From the human T2T-CHM13v2.0 reference genome, Homo sapiens, in assembly GCF_009914755.1 (NCBI RefSeq), contig NC_060937.1: a stretch of 64,000 nt of DNA, one strand, 5' to 3'. Under the pieces are notes generated by a model. The model saw nothing but the letters and a program-made list of their open reading frames with translations. It was not told the origin of the DNA and searched no databases. Shown here piece after piece: positions 55,944 to 64,000 of the stretch (positions are counted from its first letter, which is position 1; each line of letters opens with the position of its first letter). The translations under genes were made by a program, and so were the position numbers.

Positions 55944-57254
55944 GAGTGAGTGCTATTTATTTTTAAAGGAGAACAATGTCATCTCAAAGGCCTGCATAGA
56001 AAATTGTTTTCTCCAATATTCAATTATTATGTTAGCAATAGTTATTTTTCATCTGGTACTATTAACCATCCCATATTATAGCAACAGGAATTAAGAACTG
56101 TCATTCAACATCAAAATGTGATTTCTTAGGACTTTTACTATTTAATAATTATTATGCTAAATAACTATTAATACTATAAGGTAAATAATAACTAACTATA
56201 TATAGAAAATAAAAAGAAATTATTGTTAATGACTAGCAAGTAGTTAATAAATGTAATAACACTTTAAATATATTTGCTATAAAGTTTGTAAAATTTGATA
56301 TTTAATCAAAGATAGATGCCTCTGGATGTCCAACAAGATAGTAAAGTTTTTAAAATTTTTTAAGGTATTCCCATTAAATATATTATTTTTTTAAAAAAAA
56401 GAGAATGTTTGCAAAACTGTATAGTCAAAGTGATACTTTTCTGCTAATTTTGATTGATGTCAGAAGAGATTATAGAAGGCATGAGTCCATTTTTAGGGGT
56501 AATCAGTGGATGGAATGAGCTCTATCAAGCTTTCATTTTTGGTCCAGGGATCTTGCAGTATAAAAACTGTGAAGAAAATGATGATATTTATAAAATCGTT
56601 ATGAAATATTTACTGCCTGGAATAGTTTCCCTAAACAGATATATGAATACCAGAAAATATGTTTTGCAGATCCCAAATAACGGGATTGGCTTTCATTCCT
56701 AATATTAAATGTACTACCAAAAAACAATCTACTTATCTTGTATAAAATAATTTTTAATGTTGAGACCAAAAATAAAAGTAATTATCATAGCTAGGTCAAC
56801 TGTCATTATTTTTTCTGTGATAAACAATGTATATTCATATATTTCTCCTTATTTCACATACTTACATATTTCCATTTCAGTTAAATTAATTTAATGAGCA
56901 AACTAATATACTTTTATGCCCATAAATCAAGACATGAATATAAATGCCTGTAAATTCATACACATAAGTGTTTCTATACATGCAACAATAATGTATATAT
57001 TATTTTAACATACAAAGTTGCATTAGTGTATATGTATGTGTATATAGTTAATATATATGATTTATATTCATATTATGTATGTTTATGCATATGCCACTAT
57101 ATAGCATCCCATAAATATATACAATTATTATTTGACAATTACCAATAAAATAAAATAAATATTTGTCAAAAAAGATATTCACTGGGTGATGTGTGTGTGT
57201 TTGTTATTATTACAACAAGAAAAGTACAGCGTAAATAATAAAGGATACATTGTG

Positions 57255-57470
57255 ATGTCTGATTCCTAACTTTGATACTTCCTGTAGGGCCTTGGAAAAG
57301 GTATTATATCTATTTGTTGTTTCCATTTTCTCATCCAAAAAGATGAAGATGATAATAACGGCTTACCATAGTATTTGTTCTGAGAAGTAATTGAGCTATG
57401 CCGCATTAGTTCTTAGTAAACTGACTGCCAAATAAAACCTATTTAATACATACGTTTTTACTATTATTTT
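57255..57470 (+). mobile_element. MIR SINE
   Basis: MIR core TTTTCTCATCCAAAAAGATGAAGATGATAATA..TTGTTCTGAGAAGTAATTGAG. Confidence 0.6.
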
Positions 57471-58684
57471 AGTCTTTTTCATATGTTGAATGTAATCAGT
57501 AATATCAATATTTGGCTTACATGATGCTTTAACTAAATAGTGTTTATATAATAAATAAGATTTTTTTGTTGCTTCTCATTAAATGAAACAATAAAACCAT
57601 CTATTTCTAATTGGTTTACATTTTAAAAACTAAATAATATGTAGACAGTGTTAGAAATATTTATATGTACTAGCATATAATTTCCAAATCCTAATATCTC
57701 TTAGCAATATTTTCAAAACCTATACATTTTCTAAAATAGATAAGTATTTCTTTCTTCTAAAATGGCATGTTTACAAAATGTCATAATAGTTATTTATATT
57801 AGTATTCTATTAATGTCTTCTGCCATCACATAATTTTAACTATTCAAACTATTTAACTTAAGAACATAGAACTATATTTGTGTGTTTTTAAAATTTCTGC
57901 TTCTTTGTCTTAAAATCTATAAGACATAAATGTTTGAACTCTTTATAGGACATTTTATTATCTTCCAGATTTCTAATATATTTTATAATATTACTTGTTT
58001 AGCAACTTCAGGGAAATACAAAGGTAGTAATTAAACTTGTCATAAATTTAAGTGCATTGAGATCTTTCTATTGTTACTCCATCACGTAGGTGTATAAATG
58101 ACAGTAACTTTTCTTACATGTAGTGACCATAAGAATTACAGAACCCTACAAGTTGTAGAATCAATGTGAAATGTTGGAACCAATGTCCCTTTGGGCCTAA
58201 TTTTCCTTTCTACTTCCCCTTTCCCCTGACTTCATACCTACCCTAGACTATGACATTTACAAGGAACTTGTGAAAAGTGTCCAAACACCACAAACATAAC
58301 ACAAATAATGAGCTATATATACAGAAAGTTTTTACTTGTTTTGCAGGTGTCATGGGACTTTAGAAACATGGTCACATCGAAGTGAATATACTAAACCACT
58401 AGTTCATCATGCTGCATTGCACGAAGACAAGCATTTTAAGTCTATTGCTTTTCATCATTTAGATGTGCAATGACTATTGTTGGTGGTATTGTCAAGAGAT
58501 TAGCAAAAATAATTATGAGTGAGATCATTTTAATTTCTTCTTTCTTTCCATTTTCAGCTTTTCTTTGTAAAAATGGGTTAGCTTTGTGAGAAAATTAGTA
58601 AGAACCAGTAATGTGGATGCTACTACAGATGTTACCATTTGGCATGAAGGTTGAGGAGAGGCATGGCCACAGGATTGATAATGT

Positions 58685-58978
58685 GTGGGGTTGCCATAAC
58701 AAAGTACCACAGACTGTGTAGCTCAGGAGGGCATAAATCCCAGATCAAGTTGTCAGTGGAGGTGGTTCTTTCGGAAGCCTCTATCCTTGGCTTGCAAGAT
58801 GACCATCTTTTCCATGTGCCTTCACACAGTCTTCCCTCTGCGTGTGTCTACATCCTATTGTCCTCTTCTTATAAGGACCCCAGTCATATTGGAGGAGGGC
58901 CCTAACCTAATGACCCCATTTTAGCTTAATTAGCTCTTCAGAGGGATTGGATTTCCACACATGAATTTAGGGGGAGGC
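58685..58978 (-). mobile_element. MLT1B/C-like LTR fragment
   Basis: GCCATAACAAAGTACCACAGACTG, CCTCTTCTTATAAGGAC.CCAGTCATATTGGA. Confidence 0.85.
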
Positions 58979-59909
58979 GGGTAGACACCTGTGAAAACCA
59001 ACATTGGCTTATCATCCTGTATGTAAGGCTGAAGTTAAATTACTCATTGAGCAAAACATTGCTACTTAGAGCAAAAAGATTTGAAAGGGTGCTTCACGAC
59101 TAACAACCTGTGAGAGTGGGAAAACTAAGACTGAGTTTAGAAAGTCAGAAAGGGAGAAGCTTTTAGTTTAATTCCAGGAATAGGAGCAGAAAGTAAAAAC
59201 CCATTAGGAATTATACTATAAATTAAAAATATAAATACTGCAAGACTGACAGAAGAGTCTAGAGAAGATTACAAATACTTCACATTTTCTGTGAAATTAT
59301 AACTAATTTTCAATTATTGTAATAAGGTAAATATAATCATAATAAATAAGCTTGAAATTTATATTTCATAACCTATAATTTAGGCTTTCAGAAAGGTTAA
59401 TAAAGGACTTCTTTCAGAGTAGATAGAAAGTTCAGGATTCAGAGAATCCTTACAGAAGTCAAAAATACCTCAGAGAACAGTGGCTCCGGTGGTCACATAA
59501 GAACCAAGAGTACAGGGATAAGTAGCTTACACAATTGTTAGTTTATAAACTCCCCTCTGTTAAAACAAAAATAAGTCATCTGTCATACTTATCTTTAAAT
59601 CTCCCATTGAGAAACGTGAACACTTATAAGCAATTCTCAATGTGGATAAAACAATTTTTGAACAGCAAAATGCCACAAAAGATTTATGAGACAATGGATT
59701 GTTTCTGATCCATCTTTTTATAATCAGTTGAAAATAACTAAAGGATTAAACAATTTAATAGAATGTGAATATCTGTAATGAAAATGGTAATAAATAAGAA
59801 AATTCATTGTTATAATATTATGTATATATAACTTAATTAGCATAATAGATGTGTTATACTGTATCACTCTTCTTTTCTAGCGCTTTGTTGCAATAGTTTG
59901 AAACTGGTA

Positions 59910-60066
59910 AAAAGTAAGGACTCCAGAACTCTGTTGTCTAAGTTCCGCCCCCCGTCCATCACTTAAGAGCTATAAGAACTCAGTCATGTTACTCAGCCTC
60001 TGTGTTTTAGGTGTAAATGGAGGATATATTGGCAATAACTACTTCACAATGTTTTATGAAAATTAT
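59910..60066 (+). mobile_element. MIR SINE fragment
   Basis: GTTACTCAGCCTCTGTG..TGTAAATGGAGGATA..CTACTTCACA. Confidence 0.55.
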
Positions 60067-60249
60067 CTCTCTGTGATCTCAACACATTCTGCTCAAAGAA
60101 AAACTTGCTCATGTCCAAATTTAGCTATTTCCTCCAAGAATGTTCTTCTGGACCTAAAGTGTGACCTCCAAAGCTCAGTTAAGTGTACTCCTCTCTGTGG
60201 TCATCACAATATCATTTATCTTATAAGGCATTTATCAGATTAAATTGCA

Positions 60250-60380
60250 ATTCCCTAGCAAACTGAGAGGTTGAGGAAAGCAAGTATTGTGGCTATGTGG
60301 AATAGTTTTCTATCTCCAGTGATTTGCACTGTCTGACACATGATAGGCAATCAATAAATATGTGCTGAATAATGTAATGA
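60250..60380 (+). mobile_element. L2 3' end fragment
   Basis: TATCTCCAGTG..TCTGACACATGATAGGCAATCAATAAATATGTGCTGAAT. Confidence 0.6.
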
Positions 60381-60944
60381 GTTTTTAAAATACATCTTTA
60401 AAGAATAACCTGGGAGCCTGAAGGAAACAATTCATTTTCCAGAATCAAATGATATATATATATGTATAAAGTATCTGAGGAGCAAGTTTTATTATTGTCT
60501 TTCCCTCAAGCTGGAGATATTAATAGCTATTTTATTATTCTACTAAAGAGAAAACTTCTTGGTCAGAGAAAATAATATCATTACAGAATTTGGTTTACTG
60601 ACCGTGACTTGAAGATAAATAATGGAAGGGCGTTAACTAATTCAAATACACCATGCATTGTAAAGAAATATACCTGTAATTATATTCTAGAGATGCAATT
60701 GTCATTTATATTTATATGTAAATGGATAAGTAGGTTTAAAATAGAACTCTTGATTTTTGCCAATGTTGGTAACTATTGCAAATATTAAAAAAAAAAAAGA
60801 AACCTGTCATTTAACTAGAATGTAACAAATACAGCCCCATGAATCAGAAACCTAGGGCCTAGTTTTCAGCCTACCACTTTGTTGCTGGTAGATACTGATC
60901 ATGATTACCTCAGTGGCTTTTAAAATATTTTAATAGAGGCAATC

Positions 60945-61405
60945 ATTTTTAAAAGACAATTTTTGTATATTTTGGAGCAGTTTTAGAGTCAAAGCAAAAC
61001 TGAGCAGAAAGTATGGAGAGTTCTCATACACGTACTGCCCCCGTCACGCATGGATAGCCTCCCTGGATAGCAACATCTCTCACCAGAGTGGTACATTTGT
61101 TATAATCAACGAAGCTACGGTTGACATATCAGTATTATCCAAAGTTCATAGTTTACATGAGGATTCACTGTTGGTGTACATTCTCTGATTTTTTTAATAA
61201 ACGTGATAATATGTATCTACCATTAAACAGAATATTTTCTGTATGACTGCCCTAAAAATCCCCTGTGTTCAGCCTATTCATCTCTTCCTCCTGCAAACTC
61301 CTGGGAACTACATAATTTTTTACTGTGTGCATATTTTTGCACTTGACTGAGAGTCTTGCGTTTTTAACAGAGTTGAAATTTTTAATTTCAATGAAATTTG
61401 GCTTA
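60945..61405 (-). mobile_element. L1MC1-like 3' end
   Basis: GAGCAGTTTTAG..AGCAAAACTGAGCAGAAAGTA, CACCAGAGTGGTACATTTGTTATAATC, CCTAAAAATCCCCTGTG. Confidence 0.85.
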
Positions 61406-61409
61406 ACAA

Positions 61410-61705
61410 TTATTATTATTTTTTTTTTGATACAGGGTCTCACTCTGTCGCCCAGACTTAAGTGCAGTGGCGTGATCTCCACTCACTGCAACCTCTGTCT
61501 CCTGGGTTCGAACCTCAAACTCCTGCATAGCTGGGATCACAGGCATGTGCCACCATGTCCAGCTAAATTTTGTATTTTATTAGAGATAGAGTTTATTAGA
61601 GACAGAGTTGTTGGACAGGCTGGTCTCAAACTCTGACCTCAAGTGATCCACCGCCTCAGCCTCCTAAAGTGCTGTGATTACAGACAAGAGCCACTGCACC
61701 TGGCC
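61410..61705 (-). mobile_element. AluS (Sx/Sz-like) with a 16-bp internal duplication
   Basis: CTGACCTCAAGTGATCC; TTTATTAGAGA(T/C)AGAG twice at 61576 and 61592. Confidence 0.9.
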
Positions 61706-61709
61706 CTAT

Positions 61710-62018
61710 TTCTTTCTTTTTAATTTTTTTTAATTTTAATTTTTGTGGGTAAATAATAGGTGTATATATTTATGGGATACATGAGATGTTTTGACACAGG
61801 CATGAAATGTGAAATAAACACAGCATGAAGAATGGAGTATCCTTCCCCTTAAGCATTTATCCATTGAGCTACAAACAATCCAATTACAATCTTTATTTTA
61901 AAATGTACAGTTACTATTGACTATAATCATCCTGTTGTGCTATCAAATAATAGGTCTTATTTATTATTCCTATTTTTTGCACCTATTAATCATCCCCACC
62001 TCCCCTCACTCTCAGCCT
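61710..62018 (-). mobile_element. L1MA2/3-like 3' end
   Basis: TTTTTGTGGGTA..TAGGTGTATATATTTATGGG.TACATGAGATGTTTTGA, ACAAACAATCCAATTA. Confidence 0.88.
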
Positions 62019-62024
62019 TGTGTG

Positions 62025-63170
62025 ACCAAATAACCCAAATATGTCATTTTGGACTTTAGGGAACCTAATATCCTGCTAAATCTTAAACACTGACAGCAAT
62101 TAAGGTCTCGTCCTCAGGCACAGTAGAAGATGCCAATCAAAAGAAACTGCATTCCTGAGACAGGGGGCCAGCAATGAAAGCTATTCAACTCAAGGCTCAG
62201 GCACTATGGCAGAAGAGGTGGGCATGTGAGATTGTAAGAGCCGATATTGAGAGATAAAATAAGTTCAGTTTCTCTATAAATTAATCATTAATGTCAAAGG
62301 CATGCTTATATCAGACCAGCGTATGGGCCCCTTTGTCAGATTAACAAGACTTTCTTGAAGAATTAGCTAAATCCTTAATAGAGGTTATAAAGGTTATAAA
62401 AGGCTTATGGAAGTTTTATCTTATGGTAGAAATTAAAATTTATAGATTCTTTACAATTTCATTGGCTTCAGGCTGTTTTTGTTAAGGCTTATTGTTTGGA
62501 AAATTAAGTCTCCTCTCAAAGAATAAAGGTTTTTGCCTTTTTTTAAAAAAAAATCCTTGAGTTATCACTTTGGTTAAATGAATGACTTATTTTACAATGA
62601 CCTGGGATCCTATTTTGTGATATCAAGTGTTTTAAACCTTTGATATTTGATAAACTTTCCAAAATCAAATTATAAATTATGTCTTTTTCTGAACTAATTA
62701 ATTCTTTAAGATATTAGGTTCCCTAAACTCCAAAAATGATATATTTAATTTATTTTATATAAAAATTATACAGGAAGCATTGTCAAATAGGAAATTTTCT
62801 TTGTTTTTTGGAGGGCTGTATTTGTATAAATATGTTATTGGTATGTGTTTCAAAATTATGGAAAACTCCTGTAATTCTGATATGCCTTAGTGTACATTAT
62901 CAGTAATAATTATGATTGCTATGTTAAATTATTGTGTGCCACAGATGTGAAAAATTTCCTTTTCAATGTGTCTTTCACTATGGCTGCCCTAAAACTTTTT
63001 GACATTCATGTACAATTGTATTGTTTTGGTCCTCTTCAGAAGGTGGTTTTATAATCACTTGTGAAACTCTGACAGGTGTTCTTGAATGCAGGTTTCTGAT
63101 AACTTTGGAGATTGTGGCATCAGAATAGAGAAAATACTTTCAGGTGTCATGGGAGCTGAAATGTTCATTG
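62025..63170 (+). mobile_element. ERV1 (MER4-group) internal-region fragment without LTRs
   Basis: AAACTGCATTCCTGAGACA, GAGATAAAATAAGTTCAGTTTCTC, GAGTTATCACTTTGGTTAAATGAATGACTTATTTTAC, CAGGTTTCTGATAACTTTGGAGA resemble MER4-group internal sequence; strand assumed from recalled consensus. Confidence 0.75.
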
Positions 63171-63249
63171 ATAAATGTTTCCTAGTGCCATATTGTGATA
63201 ATTTCCTTTACTGATCTGCTTTCTGACACTATAGCTTACATTTTTAGTA

Positions 63250-63573
63250 TTATTTTTATTTTATTTTATTTTATTTTATTTTATTTTATTTTAGTCAGAG
63301 AGTCTCACTGTGTCACCCAGGCTGGAGTGCAGTGGGTGATCTTGTCACTGCAACCTCCACCTCCCTGGTTCAAATGATTCTCCTGCCTCAGCCTCCTGAG
63401 TAGCTGGGAATACAGTCACAAGCCACCACACCTGGCTAATTTTTGTATTATTAGTAGAGACAGGGTTTCGCCATGTTGGCTAGGGTGGTCTCGAAACTCT
63501 GGACCTCAGATGATCCACCAGCCTCAGCCTCCCAAAGTGCTGGGATTACAGGTGTAAGCCACTATGCCTGGCC
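63250..63573 (-). mobile_element. AluSx-like with (TTTTA)n tail
   Basis: Full dimer; pentamer microsatellite 63254-63293. Confidence 0.92.
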
Positions 63574-63584
63574 CCCTTTTTTAA

Positions 63585-64000
63585 TATAAATTTATATAAA
63601 TGGTATTCTACAGTATTAATCTTTTTTTGTCCAGCTTCTGTCACCTATCATAAATATTTTCCAAATCATACATGTTGTTGCTGTGTAGTATTTCATTTTA
63701 TGAATATATATTTGTTTCTTCATTAGCCTGTTTATTGTCATTTTGGCTTTATTTCCAGTTGTTACTATTAAAAAGATATGTTAATATTCATGTGCAGGTC
63801 ATTGTAGTTGCATTTATTTCTCTAATAGGAGTGGAAAGACTAGGATATATTATAGGTAGGTGGTACAGATTGTTAAAAAAAACTGTCAAAATGTTTTAAA
63901 AGTCTTTGGAATATTTTATATTTCCATCAGCTGTATATGAAAGTTCCAATTCCTCAACATTCTCACTAATGCCTGATATGGTATTCAAATCATTTATTTA
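63585..64000 (-). mobile_element. L1ME-type 3' region, runs off the window
   Basis: ATAAATGGTATTCTACAGTAT, TTATTTCCAGTT, CCATCAGCTGTATATGAAAGTTCCAATT. Confidence 0.7.

Noticed and set aside
56454-56702. 82-aa ORF in non-repeat sequence
   Set aside because: No recognisable homology or exon boundaries; length expected by chance

Overview
Very AT-rich, CpG-island-free primate (most likely human) genomic DNA typical of a gene desert or a very large intron. I find no intact protein-coding gene, RNA gene or CRISPR array; nearly every listed ORF is a by-product of a repeat. Main content: a full-length but dead L1PA7-type LINE (10590-17310, TSD visible, AluSc nested in ORF1), about 12 Alu/FLAM SINEs, several older L1M and L2/MIR remnants, solo LTRs (MLT1, MST, THE1, MER61-like, MER54/74-like), an LTR-less ERV1 internal fragment, and DNA transposons (MER30, Tigger1, MER44). 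There are also two processed ribosomal-protein pseudogenes that the ORF track misses: a 3'-truncated RPS3A copy (28229-28538) and a full-length RPL12 copy (48550-49210). I see no evidence for a new biological system. The most unusual signals are several local templated-insertion, fold-back and microhomology-deletion scars. Repeat subfamily names come from recalled consensus sequences and need confirmation with RepeatMasker/Dfam.
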